Shown one piece after another: positions 20,115-28,811 of a stretch of DNA of 64,000 nt. The notes under the pieces are model-generated. The model made no database searches, was not told the DNA's origin, and worked only from the letters and a program-made list of their open reading frames with translations. Both the position numbers and the translations under genes were made by a program. Where the stretch lies: positions 56,922 to 120,921 of IMG/VR virus record IMGVR_UViG_3300042564_002458; one strand, given 5' to 3'. The DNA is from a virus. The first letter of the stretch is position 1. Each line of letters opens with the position of its first letter.

Positions 20115-20158
20115 CCCGGAACTTGTGTAAGACATTCGTAAATCCGGGAAGTTTACGA
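20115..20158 (-). promoter_or_regulatory. putative H-type pseudoknot in 5' UTR
   Basis: TCGTAAA/TTTACGA stem; loop CCCGGA complementary to downstream TCCGGG. Confidence 0.55.
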
Positions 20159-20175
20159 GGTCCCATTGAAACTAT

Positions 20176-20204
20176 AGTATATCACTAAACGGATTTAATG
20201 TCAA
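20176..20204 (-). promoter_or_regulatory. sigma70-like promoter
   Basis: TTGACA-N17-TATACT. Confidence 0.75.
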
Positions 20205-20398
20205 GCGATTTCATTATCGTCTTTATCCGAATTTGTAATTATTTGTAATTCGGAATTAATGAAATTCAAATTAGATAAAAATTCAAATTCTTCTAATTCA
20301 AACGATGACATTGTATATTCAACTGGAACACTATCATTATAAACTTTAAGTGTTTTAGCATCTATCAATGATTGATATAATTCTTTAACTCTACCCAT
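20201..20398 (-). CDS. hypothetical protein
   Basis: short ORF in an early operon. Confidence 0.5.
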   Translation of the reverse strand: MGRVKELYQSLIDAKTLKVYNDSVPVEYTMSSFELEEFEFLSNLNFINSELQIITNSDKDDNEIA

Positions 20399-20407
20399 TA
20401 TGATTCT

Positions 20408-20635
20408 TTAAAATTTTGACAAAAGTTTATTTACACTCACGAAATCTTCCGATTTCATGATACTTGTGGCAGTATCTATAAATTCATAGATCATTAATTG
20501 ACGTAATACAATTACCGTATTTAGATCGGTCTCGTCAAGTTCAGCCATCCAAGTATCTAAATCGTCTTTTGTTTGAATTGACCACATCTTGTCAAGAAGT
20601 TTAACTTGATGTGGTTTGAGATTTTCTATATTCAT
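20408..20635 (-). CDS. hypothetical protein
   Basis: QVKLLDKMWS; ATGA-coupled. Confidence 0.6.
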   Translation of the reverse strand: MNIENLKPHQVKLLDKMWSIQTKDDLDTWMAELDETDLNTVIVLRQLMIYEFIDTATSIMKSEDFVSVNKLLSKF

Positions 20636-20901
20636 AGATCGAATTCGCATCCAACATTTTGAGCTTCATATAAAGCATCCATAATGTGACAATAAAAAGT
20701 ATCAGTATCCAATTCCTCATAGGGACTGGTATTAGTAATAGATGGGATATCCAACTCATTATCACCGAAAAAAGCCAAGTGATAATTTTTGATACAATCA
20801 TCCTGAACATCGCGATAGATACGATATTCAAAACCGTTAATGGTGAAAATCAAATCACTGCCAGATTTTCCAAATTTAATCATTTTATCTCTCATTGACA
20901 T
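20632..20901 (-). CDS. hypothetical protein
   Basis: coupled ORF. Confidence 0.6.
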   Translation of the reverse strand: MSMRDKMIKFGKSGSDLIFTINGFEYRIYRDVQDDCIKNYHLAFFGDNELDIPSITNTSPYEELDTDTFYCHIMDALYEAQNVGCEFDL

Positions 20902-21107
20902 TTATTTAATTGAACATCGAAAGAATGACGTTTCATTTTTTCGTCATACAAAGTAACAGTAGAACCAAAACCATCTGATTTACCCATCTGATCAAGAACA
21001 AAATACATAGCGGTATTTTGTAGAGAAAAATCAGAGACAACTTGCTTTTTAATAGCGGCACGAGTAGTATAAAAACATACGCCGTTTACGATGACTCTAA
21101 TTTTCAT
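20892..21107 (-). CDS. hypothetical protein
   Basis: coupled ORF. Confidence 0.6.
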   Translation of the reverse strand: MKIRVIVNGVCFYTTRAAIKKQVVSDFSLQNTAMYFVLDQMGKSDGFGSTVTLYDEKMKRHSFDVQLNKCQ

Positions 21108-21186
21108 AATTATTCCAATTCGGTTGCAGAAGGGACATAAATATAATCGTCCTCATATTCATCAAAAACCCAATAACCAGTCATAA

Positions 21187-21396
21187 TTATTCCTTTATTT
21201 TTACTGAATTTTTATTAAACAACATGCCGAACAGAAAGTTAATACCCCAAGCCTGAAGCCAAGTAATTTCTTTAACACCCGTAACGGCATCAACCAAACA
21301 TCCATTCCACAACATCATCACTGGCCACGCCAATAAGACGCTGACTGCAACAAATACTGTCAATGCAAAAATAACTGATCCAATATCTTTTTTCAT
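21187..21396 (-). CDS. small membrane protein
   Basis: two TM helices; LWN...ITWLQAWG. Confidence 0.7.
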   Translation of the reverse strand: MKKDIGSVIFALTVFVAVSVLLAWPVMMLWNGCLVDAVTGVKEITWLQAWGINFLFGMLFNKNSVKIKE

Positions 21397-21401
21397 TTTT
21401 T

Positions 21402-21608
21402 TTAGGCCGTAAAATCGTAAGCGTACTCGCCAAACATCGCGACACTAACTTGGACTCGTTGATTGTAGTCTTTGAACAATACCGAAAACACACGGCGAGC
21501 ATCTTTTTCTTCGGCACGTACAAACAGAGTACCGTTAACAAAATACGCTTGACGATCTTGCTTAAGTACTTTGGCAACTTTGTCTAAAACAATCTTTTCA
21601 AAACCCAT
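21402..21608 (-). CDS. hypothetical protein
   Basis: GGAG RBS; first gene after promoter. Confidence 0.7.
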   Translation of the reverse strand: MGFEKIVLDKVAKVLKQDRQAYFVNGTLFVRAEEKDARRVFSVLFKDYNQRVQVSVAMFGEYAYDFTA

Positions 21609-21639
21609 TTACTTCTCCGTTTTCTCAGTGTATGTGTAT

Positions 21640-21668
21640 ATTATATCAGCTTTTGGATTTATCGTCAA
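21640..21668 (-). promoter_or_regulatory. sigma70-like promoter
   Basis: TTGACG-ATAAATC...-TATAAT, 17-nt spacer. Confidence 0.8.
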
Positions 21669-21804
21669 GGTCTTTTTTCTCATCGTTGTAACGACGCAAC
21701 AACTCTTCCATTGACATTTCTTCGTATTTTACGACACAATCATGTTGTTGAAAAGTAAAGGAATTCTTGAAATTGATCTGACATTGTTTACATCTAATTT
21801 TCAT
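21646..21804 (-). CDS. small zinc-finger-like protein
   Basis: CKQC-x12-HDC; start MKIRC with AAGGA RBS. Confidence 0.5.
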   Translation of the reverse strand: MKIRCKQCQINFKNSFTFQQHDCVVKYEEMSMEELLRRYNDEKKDLDDKSKS

Positions 21805-21835
21805 GTTTAATTCCTTTTCTTCAGCGTATATGAAT

Positions 21836-21864
21836 ATTATAACATTAACTGTATTTATTGTCAA
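21836..21864 (-). promoter_or_regulatory. sigma70-like promoter
   Basis: TTGACA-N17-TATAAT. Confidence 0.8.
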
Positions 21865-21881
21865 ATTTGCCATAAAAAAAC

Positions 21882-21899
21882 TGTTGTATTTCTACAACA
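21882..21899. promoter_or_regulatory. palindrome TGTTGTA-N4-TACAACA (putative operator)
   Basis: recurs at 45442 and 63550, each upstream of a promoter. Confidence 0.5.
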
Positions 21900-21967
21900 G
21901 TTTTATGCTCATTTTTTGATCAATTTAAGCAAATATTTCTAATGCTGTCCCACAATGATAATGTGAT

Positions 21968-22336
21968 TTATTTTTTCAAAAATTGTTCGAGATTTGGGGG
22001 CAACCAACCAACTGGTTTTAAAACTTTACCATCTTCACGTTTACGAACCTTACCAGTTTCTTTATCAATCTTGGCAAAATTAGTACTCATAACTTCTTTC
22101 CATGCACCTTCTGCATCACTACCCATACTGTGAATAGCACCAATAGTAACAACTAAAATGTCAATTAAGGCATCTAATTGTTCTACACGATCATTGTCAA
22201 TCAGAGCGGCAGTTAATTCACTTACTTCTTCATCAATCAACGCTAGATACATACCATATTGTTCTTGATTGAATGTGTTGGTGATTTGACCACACGCCTG
22301 CATAAACTTCTCTTGATCACGAAATACATTTGTCAT
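21968..22336 (-). CDS. MazG/PRA-PH-like NTP pyrophosphohydrolase
   Basis: EEVSEL, DALIDILVV, NFAK, REDGKVLKP. Confidence 0.88.
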   Translation of the reverse strand: MTNVFRDQEKFMQACGQITNTFNQEQYGMYLALIDEEVSELTAALIDNDRVEQLDALIDILVVTIGAIHSMGSDAEGAWKEVMSTNFAKIDKETGKVRKREDGKVLKPVGWLPPNLEQFLKK

Positions 22337-23499
22337 TCTTTTTCCTTTATTAAATCAACTAACATTTTTGATGTTGATGGACTATTAGTCCATCCTAAAT
22401 GACCATGACCAGTATTATAGTAAACATTGTCGGTTTTAGACTTCTTTACTATAGGCATCATGTTAGGGGTCATTGGTCGTAAACATGCCCAACTTGAGTA
22501 ATTACTTGTATCTATTTTTGGAAAGTTAGTATGAACCCAATTCAGTAATGGTTCAATTCTATCTCTAACTATATCATAATTTTCGTCATTGAGTTCCGCA
22601 GTTCCGGCAACACGAAATCGATTACCTAACGTACTAGAAACAATCTTTGCCTGATCATCTAACAAACTAACACGAGGAACATATTTCATATCTTCATCTG
22701 ATACATCAATTGTGATACTATATCCCTTGACTGGATAGATTGGTATTGAATCACCAAACATCTTACCAATTTCTACAGAACCAACACCGGCACAAACAAT
22801 CAACAATTCAAAATCTTCATTGAATTTCTGATTGAACTTAAACTCAACGTTATATTTCTCAACGAGAATCTTAGATAGTTCTACACAAAATTTGTGAATA
22901 TCACCAGTCCAATCACTCTTAGTATATACACCGCCAATAACATCAGTCAAATCATGTAAGGCATGATCTATACTAATAGTTTTATTAGCCGTCAGAATAT
23001 CCCATTCACAACCATTATCATTGTAAATATCTTTGGCATTGATTGCACTTTCAAAATACTTTTCATTCTTATAGAAGTGTAGAATACCACAATAAGTCTG
23101 ATCAAATTCTAATTTCTCTTCCTCAATAATTTGTTGATAAAGTTTACGAGATTCCAACCCAAGTCTAATTGTTTCGACGGTATTTTTATAATAGTCACCA
23201 CAAATAGTGTGCCACATAAATTTTGATAACCATTTTATTTTGGAAATATTTAGAGTTGGACGAATCAGTAGTGGAGCATCTTTCTTAAACATCCACTTGA
23301 TGCCTTTGTAGACATTACTCCATGTGGTCCAAACTTCACTATTACTAACACTGACTTGTCCCCCATTTGCAAAACTAGTTTGCATTGCTGGAAAGCGTTC
23401 TTGATCTATCACTGTTACTTTATAACCTGATTTGGCAAGATAGTAAGCAGTCAATACTCCAGTAATACCTGCACCAACAACTGTAACTGATTTACTCAT
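22333..23499 (-). CDS. dadA: D-amino acid dehydrogenase (FAD)
   Basis: GAGITG, TSFANGGQ, PVKGYS, AGTAE, LRPMTP, NTGHGHLGWT. Confidence 0.9.
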   Translation of the reverse strand: MSKSVTVVGAGITGVLTAYYLAKSGYKVTVIDQERFPAMQTSFANGGQVSVSNSEVWTTWSNVYKGIKWMFKKDAPLLIRPTLNISKIKWLSKFMWHTICGDYYKNTVETIRLGLESRKLYQQIIEEEKLEFDQTYCGILHFYKNEKYFESAINAKDIYNDNGCEWDILTANKTISIDHALHDLTDVIGGVYTKSDWTGDIHKFCVELSKILVEKYNVEFKFNQKFNEDFELLIVCAGVGSVEIGKMFGDSIPIYPVKGYSITIDVSDEDMKYVPRVSLLDDQAKIVSSTLGNRFRVAGTAELNDENYDIVRDRIEPLLNWVHTNFPKIDTSNYSSWACLRPMTPNMMPIVKKSKTDNVYYNTGHGHLGWTNSPSTSKMLVDLIKEKE

Positions 23500-23708
23500 T
23501 CTTTCACTCCGAAATGTGTTAGAATATTTCCACCAATCCATTCGCATTTGTTCTCATCAGCAAGATCGGCAACTTTAGCACATTTTCTAATAATCATCTC
23601 GGCGAACTTTTCGATATCTTCGGGTGTATGCAAGGAAGGCAGATACTCACCATCCTCGCCAGCCATAGGAACAACCTTTAATAAGATTTGTTTAATTCGT
23701 TCGTTCAT
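23496..23708 (-). CDS. MNERI/EKFAEL paralog family protein
   Basis: MNERIK...EKFAEMII...HFGVKE. Confidence 0.75.
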   Translation of the reverse strand: MNERIKQILLKVVPMAGEDGEYLPSLHTPEDIEKFAEMIIRKCAKVADLADENKCEWIGGNILTHFGVKE

Positions 23709-23874
23709 TCTTCAACTCCGAAAGTTTCAAACTTTGTTCTTGATTGTGCCTTAAACATTCCATAATGGTGTCTAAAGCTCGGTCAACTCCTAAGCGCCGT
23801 GCTGCCTTGCCTCGGTCCGACTCCATATATTCTTTTATATCTTTATCGGTCATATCTTCAATTTGTTTGTTCAT
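23692..23874 (-). CDS. hypothetical protein (possibly frameshifted family member)
   Basis: 3' end carries the family junction sequence out of frame. Confidence 0.5.
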   Translation of the reverse strand: MNKQIEDMTDKDIKEYMESDRGKAARRLGVDRALDTIMECLRHNQEQSLKLSELKNERTN

Positions 23875-24128
23875 TATTCAACTTCAAAATGTTCTTTCAA
23901 ATCAGATACACACTGAGATATACCAGCAGCGGTAAATTCACCTTGCCAACCGCTGGCACAAACAGCAATACATTCCTTAACAATCAACTCGGCGAACCTT
24001 TCAGCAAAAGTATTGGGAATTTCCACAATACCATGATCATCAATTCTACTGGCAATAACAGATTCTACAGGAGTAGATACACATTCCTTTAACGCCTGTC
24101 TAACTAATTTAGTAATATGTTGGTTCAT
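23874..24128 (-). CDS. MNERI/EKFAEL family protein
   Basis: ERFAELIVKEC...HFEVE. Confidence 0.75.
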   Translation of the reverse strand: MNQHITKLVRQALKECVSTPVESVIASRIDDHGIVEIPNTFAERFAELIVKECIAVCASGWQGEFTAAGISQCVSDLKEHFEVE

Positions 24129-24334
24129 TATAATTCAATCCCAAAATGTTCACAATAAACGTCTACCATACGTGAATGTCCAGCCATTGCTAATTCTTTA
24201 CCGTTTAGTTTAATACATTCTGCCACAATCAACTGAGCGAACTTTTCTAGATTGAGTTCGTTCATTGGCCCATCATTGCTGTCATAATCAGTATTAGTGG
24301 ACTGTTTTATAAGTTGTTTAATTAGTTCATTCAT
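24128..24334 (-). CDS. MNERI/EKFAEL family protein
   Basis: EKFAQLIVAEC...HFGIE. Confidence 0.75.
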   Translation of the reverse strand: MNELIKQLIKQSTNTDYDSNDGPMNELNLEKFAQLIVAECIKLNGKELAMAGHSRMVDVYCEHFGIEL

Positions 24335-24534
24335 TATTCAATTCCGAAATGTATCTTTAACGCACCACCTACTGTTTTGGATAAGTTTTCTCCGCAATAG
24401 TCAATACATTCCTGAACAGTCAGCTCGACGAACTTTTCAATGTCTTGTGAAGTATGTAGTGATGGTAAATATTCACCATCTTCTCCCGCCATTGGTACAA
24501 TCTGTAATAACAGTCTTTTAATCTCAGAGTTCAT
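24334..24534 (-). CDS. MNERI/EKFAEL family protein
   Basis: shares VPMAGEDGEYLPSLHT with the 23496 gene. Confidence 0.75.
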   Translation of the reverse strand: MNSEIKRLLLQIVPMAGEDGEYLPSLHTSQDIEKFVELTVQECIDYCGENLSKTVGGALKIHFGIE

Positions 24535-24545
24535 AGTTTTATTAT

Positions 24546-25139
24546 TTACCAAAGTTGAAGATTATATATAGTTTCATTACGTGGAGTTAAATAACCTTTG
24601 ATTACTGAATAATTTAAAAAGGCATCTGACAGATTTGAATTATTATCGTTATAATAGCAAAAGTTTTTAACGTAGTATTGTACATCAAATTTCTGAGTTA
24701 AATCATTAATATTAAAATTGGATTTATGTATTTCGTATGAATTACCGCCATAATCATCTTGAGCCATATTGTTAGGCCAACAAATTATTACCCATTTACA
24801 TTTGTATAAAAAATAATCAAGATAATCTATGACTTCTGATCTAAACAAATGTTCTAATACATCTCCGAATATTACCACATCATATTGAAATTTATATTCG
24901 GTTTTAATAAAGTCTTGTATAGAAACTGGAAATACGGTATTGTATATGTTGGATAGATTAAATTCTTTTATATATGATTCAGTTGGTTCAATTGCATCTA
25001 ATATTCCGGTATATCCTGAGTTTTTAATTAAATTTCCATTTTTTCCAGAACCTACACCTACATCTAAAATTCTAGAAGGCTTTAATCTATAAATGTGATC
25101 TACTAGAAAATTATCGAACGCTATTGATGAATACGGCAT
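24546..25139 (-). CDS. class I SAM-dependent methyltransferase
   Basis: LDVGVGSG, YDVVIFGDVLEH. Confidence 0.85.
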   Translation of the reverse strand: MPYSSIAFDNFLVDHIYRLKPSRILDVGVGSGKNGNLIKNSGYTGILDAIEPTESYIKEFNLSNIYNTVFPVSIQDFIKTEYKFQYDVVIFGDVLEHLFRSEVIDYLDYFLYKCKWVIICWPNNMAQDDYGGNSYEIHKSNFNINDLTQKFDVQYYVKNFCYYNDNNSNLSDAFLNYSVIKGYLTPRNETIYNLQLW

Positions 25140-25234
25140 ATTTGTCCTTTAGTTAAATTGTATTTTACAATCACTATATTAACAAATCATTGACTTTAAG
25201 TCAATGATTTTGGATAGGTGGTCACACATATATT

Positions 25235-25492
25235 TCATTCTTCAACTCCAAAATGTTCTTTAATATGTTTTGCCATGTTCACATACTCTGGGCGAATTCC
25301 CATTTGACTAGGAGCAAAATCTATCCAATCCGTACCTTTTAATCTTATCTGATCAACACATTCATGAATAATCAACTCAGCAAACTTTAATGTCCATAAA
25401 CGTTGTTGTTCTTCATATGATTTATCATAATGTTCATTACCAACATAAAAATCAGCATGTTCGGCATGATCAGTAATACGCTGTTCGTTCAT
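25235..25492 (-). CDS. MNERI/EKFAEL family protein
   Basis: KFAELIIHEC...HFGVEE. Confidence 0.75.
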   Translation of the reverse strand: MNEQRITDHAEHADFYVGNEHYDKSYEEQQRLWTLKFAELIIHECVDQIRLKGTDWIDFAPSQMGIRPEYVNMAKHIKEHFGVEE

Positions 25493-25497
25493 ATTTT

Positions 25498-26250
25498 TTA
25501 CCAATCTGAACTACTAGAATCTGAACTACTAGAATCTGAACTACTATCCCAACTATCAGAACTAACTCCAAAATCACTAGATGGTGTATATTCAGGTGTA
25601 ACATTTTTAGTTGGTTGACTACTATTATTACCATTAATTAAATGATTTGCCAATGCTGCTCCCGCTACAGCTCCAACACCTACTGCCGCTCCAGTTGCCA
25701 AACTACCCATGATACCACTACCAGATGTTGTACTCCCAGATTGAACTGGCGCTGAAGTAGTATTACTTGGTGAAGGATGAAATGGTGTAATTGGACGATT
25801 AGTATTATTTGGCATATAAGATGGAGGTTGTGATTCTCTTTTTCTAACAATAAGCCAGATGATTAAAATACCACAAATTACAATACCACAAAAAATTATA
25901 ATGTTTTGATTACTAATTGATTCTGATTTGGGTTTGATACCCAATGCGTTACGAACACGAGTTACTGATTCTGGTTTGGCATAACTAAATTTTGGATCCA
26001 ATGTTTCTGCTTTGAGAAAAGTTTCTTTCGCTAACCAATTTTTTCCCATGGACAATAGTAATTCTGTTTTAACAAAATATGCCTTGGAACTATTAGGATG
26101 TTTTTTAATGATATCATCAATCATTGACAATGCTTGTTCTTTATTTGTCTGTGAAGTTTGAAAAATTTCCTTAACCGTAGGATCAGCCAGAACTACATGA
26201 CCAAAAAATAATGTCATTGACAATATTAATGTTTGAATAATTTTTTTCAT
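25498..26250 (-). CDS. TPR-containing membrane protein with Gly/Ser-rich tail
   Basis: signal peptide, HPNSSKAYF TPR-like repeat, TM helix, ATGAAVGVG, DFG...SSDW tail. Confidence 0.75.
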   Translation of the reverse strand: MKKIIQTLILSMTLFFGHVVLADPTVKEIFQTSQTNKEQALSMIDDIIKKHPNSSKAYFVKTELLLSMGKNWLAKETFLKAETLDPKFSYAKPESVTRVRNALGIKPKSESISNQNIIIFCGIVICGILIIWLIVRKRESQPPSYMPNNTNRPITPFHPSPSNTTSAPVQSGSTTSGSGIMGSLATGAAVGVGAVAGAALANHLINGNNSSQPTKNVTPEYTPSSDFGVSSDSWDSSSDSSSSDSSSSDW

Positions 26251-26251
26251 T

Positions 26252-26407
26252 TTACTCTCCTTGATCTTCACGATCATTAAATTCTTTAATCAATTGTTCT
26301 TTAGTTAGTTCCCATTCCACAGGTGGAATACCATGCCATCCGATACATTGACCAATTGGACTGCGACCACAACCACATTTTGAAAAACCTTCTACTCTTG
26401 GTGTCAT
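26252..26407 (-). CDS. CDGSH-like Fe-S/zinc-binding small protein
   Basis: CGCGRSPIGQCIGWH. Confidence 0.6.
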   Translation of the reverse strand: MTPRVEGFSKCGCGRSPIGQCIGWHGIPPVEWELTKEQLIKEFNDREDQGE

Positions 26408-26820
26408 TTTGTTCTCTCTACAATATCTTTGTAACCAGACCAACTTGGATGAATACCATCTGATTGTAGACCACGAATAGGTAACACAATATCACCGTTA
26501 GAAGCAGCAATCTCTCGTACAAAGTCTTGAATCTTTTCAATTGGTACATTGCTGGCTTTTAAATTGCCGGCGGGAAGAATCCAAAACACATTCTTTGCAC
26601 CAATACGTTGTCTCATCTCAAACAGTTGATCGTAGGACTTAACATACTGATGATCGTTACTACCAAGACTAATAATAACAGTATTGGCATAGAAAGAACC
26701 AGGATACATTTTGTTAAATTGCCAAGTGTTAATTCCACCTTTACCCTGTAATTCACATTGTGGTGCAAATTGTTTTGTTCCCACGGCAATACTATCACCA
26801 ATAATCAAACATTCTAACAT
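26404..26820 (-). CDS. SGNH/GDSL hydrolase
   Basis: GDSI, LGSND, DGIHP. Confidence 0.85.
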   Translation of the reverse strand: MLECLIIGDSIAVGTKQFAPQCELQGKGGINTWQFNKMYPGSFYANTVIISLGSNDHQYVKSYDQLFEMRQRIGAKNVFWILPAGNLKASNVPIEKIQDFVREIAASNGDIVLPIRGLQSDGIHPSWSGYKDIVERTK

Positions 26821-26851
26821 ATAATTACCCAAAAGTTAAGTTAATAATAAT

Positions 26852-26880
26852 ATTATACATTAATTGTTAATTATCGTCAA
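26852..26880 (-). promoter_or_regulatory. sigma70-like promoter
   Basis: TTGACG-N17-TATAAT. Confidence 0.75.
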
Positions 26881-26907
26881 TTGATTTTGGACAAATAACT
26901 GAAAATA

Positions 26908-27561
26908 TTAATGATTTGACATATACATTACTTTTTCATTAGGCGGTCCAACTTCGGAAATATATTCAATTTCGGTATTATCATTTACTTTTTGAACATA
27001 TGATTGTGCTTTTAATCTATTAATATCCCAGAAATCAAAACCTAAAAAATACCAATCTCTGTTGGTATGATTAATAAATTCATGTGTTTCTTTTGCAGGA
27101 TTAAATTGAAACAGTAGTCCTTGAGATACTGAAATTTGAATCCCATCTATTTTAATAGTTACTTGATCATCGTGATGATTGCTTATACAAAAAATATATC
27201 TTCGTATTTGCTTATGATATTGAAAATCGTCAACATGTGGTAAAAGACAACCTCCAGGAATTATTTTCCATACACACATTCTTCCAAATGGTCCAGTTTC
27301 ATTTGTAAGAATTCCGGTTTCTTGACAAAATTTTAATACATTAGGATAATGAGGATTATATTCATAGTTATTTTTTACAGCAAAAGACAACATATTTTTA
27401 AAATAAAAATAATTTAAATTTCTATTAACAAATCTCATTCGTCCTTGATCAAATATACCTATACCTGATCCCAGCGGCTCAAACCAACTACTATCATCAC
27501 TATCAATTTCTTTTTGTAAAGTAGTAGCCCAATCTATTTGATACGATATATGTTTAGCCAT
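26908..27561 (-). CDS. Asp/Asn beta-hydroxylase-like 2OG-Fe(II) oxygenase
   Basis: PGGCLLPHVD...HEFIN. Confidence 0.7.
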   Translation of the reverse strand: MAKHISYQIDWATTLQKEIDSDDSSWFEPLGSGIGIFDQGRMRFVNRNLNYFYFKNMLSFAVKNNYEYNPHYPNVLKFCQETGILTNETGPFGRMCVWKIIPGGCLLPHVDDFQYHKQIRRYIFCISNHHDDQVTIKIDGIQISVSQGLLFQFNPAKETHEFINHTNRDWYFLGFDFWDINRLKAQSYVQKVNDNTEIEYISEVGPPNEKVMYMSNH

Positions 27562-27570
27562 AAAAATACC

Positions 27571-28161
27571 TTATTCTATTGTGTAAGTAATAATATATCT
27601 AGAAGATATCAAATCAGTTTTGTCAAGACATACTACACAATGAGGTCTATTAATACTTAATATATAAGCCTCCCCATCATTCATAATAAATTCATCTAGA
27701 TCATCAGACCAAAAATTTTTAATATCATTTTTTTTATTAATATATGTTTTCCATTTATTTGAATTTTTAAATCCAATATTTATACATGTATTTCTTGTAA
27801 TATCTTCGTGTATTTCTACATCTAATCCCGGTATAGTTTTAATAATATTAACTCTTTGTGGTATAATTTTATGATTTAAAAAATCATCCACTAGCAAGTT
27901 TTGAGATTTCATTAATTTAGATTGTAATATTTTTAATTTTTGAGAAATTTCTATACATTGAATTTTGAAATTTTCATAAAAATTTCTTGCAAAAATTATG
28001 TTGGTATTTGGAAATTCTTGCCAATGAGCTTTTTTGGAGGGATCAATATATAATTTATTTTTGTCTATTGGATTATATAATACAGGTAAATTTTTAGTTA
28101 ATAATTCAATATCCCAATCAAATGTAATATTAGAATCTAGTTTATAATATATATTATCCAT
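27571..28161 (-). CDS. 2OG-Fe(II)/cupin oxygenase-like protein
   Basis: IHED..R..CIN...PHCV...R. Confidence 0.6.
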   Translation of the reverse strand: MDNIYYKLDSNITFDWDIELLTKNLPVLYNPIDKNKLYIDPSKKAHWQEFPNTNIIFARNFYENFKIQCIEISQKLKILQSKLMKSQNLLVDDFLNHKIIPQRVNIIKTIPGLDVEIHEDITRNTCINIGFKNSNKWKTYINKKNDIKNFWSDDLDEFIMNDGEAYILSINRPHCVVCLDKTDLISSRYIITYTIE

Positions 28162-28196
28162 TGAAATATTTAGTATTTAAAATAATTGACAAAATA

Positions 28197-28221
28197 ATAA
28201 GGGAGATTAAATCTCCCTTAT
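28197..28221 (-). terminator. intrinsic terminator
   Basis: TAAGGGAGAT/ATCTCCCTTA stem followed by a T-rich tract on -. Confidence 0.65.
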
Positions 28222-28244
28222 ATCAATAATAAATTATAATATGA

Positions 28245-28796
28245 TTATTGAATTGTAATAACTACTCTTCTATCTGGTGACAAACAAGATTTAAATTTCT
28301 CAAAGTTTTTCATACCAGTACAAAGTGCAGTATCAGAAGTTGGCTGTGTAGAACCAACACCACTGACAACAAATTTGGATTTAAATCCAGTTTTGGAGTT
28401 CAGATAATCAGCAACAGCCTGAGCACGTTGTTGACTTAACTTTTGATTATAAGATGATGTACCAATACGATCAGTATGACCAATTATAGTCACGATTGAG
28501 GTAGTAGTAATACTTTTAATAATCGGATTCAATACTTCACGACCTTTTACAGTCAATGCAGATGAATCGAATTCAAATAAAACATCACCGTTCAAAGTCA
28601 TTGGTGTACGTTTTACTTCAGCAACTGGATCACAACCTTTTACTGCGTTAGTAGGAACATAAGTTCCTGTATGCAGACAAAGACCACTTCCAGTTTGTAC
28701 AATCTTACCGCTACTATCCGTTACATAACCCTCTGCTGCCATACCGACAGACCAGATGGTTAAGTAGGATAACATGATTACTAATAATGCTTTCAT
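28245..28796 (-). CDS. OmpA C-terminal-like peptidoglycan-binding protein
   Basis: signal peptide; LFEFDS, GHTDRIG..YNQKLSQQRA, PDRRV. Confidence 0.9.
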   Translation of the reverse strand: MKALLVIMLSYLTIWSVGMAAEGYVTDSSGKIVQTGSGLCLHTGTYVPTNAVKGCDPVAEVKRTPMTLNGDVLFEFDSSALTVKGREVLNPIIKSITTTSIVTIIGHTDRIGTSSYNQKLSQQRAQAVADYLNSKTGFKSKFVVSGVGSTQPTSDTALCTGMKNFEKFKSCLSPDRRVVITIQ

Positions 28797-28811
28797 TGTT
28801 ATCCTTTGTGA

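Noticed and set aside
25503-25565. 15-bp tandem repeats
   Set aside because: They simply encode the Ser/Asp-rich tail of the 25498 protein.
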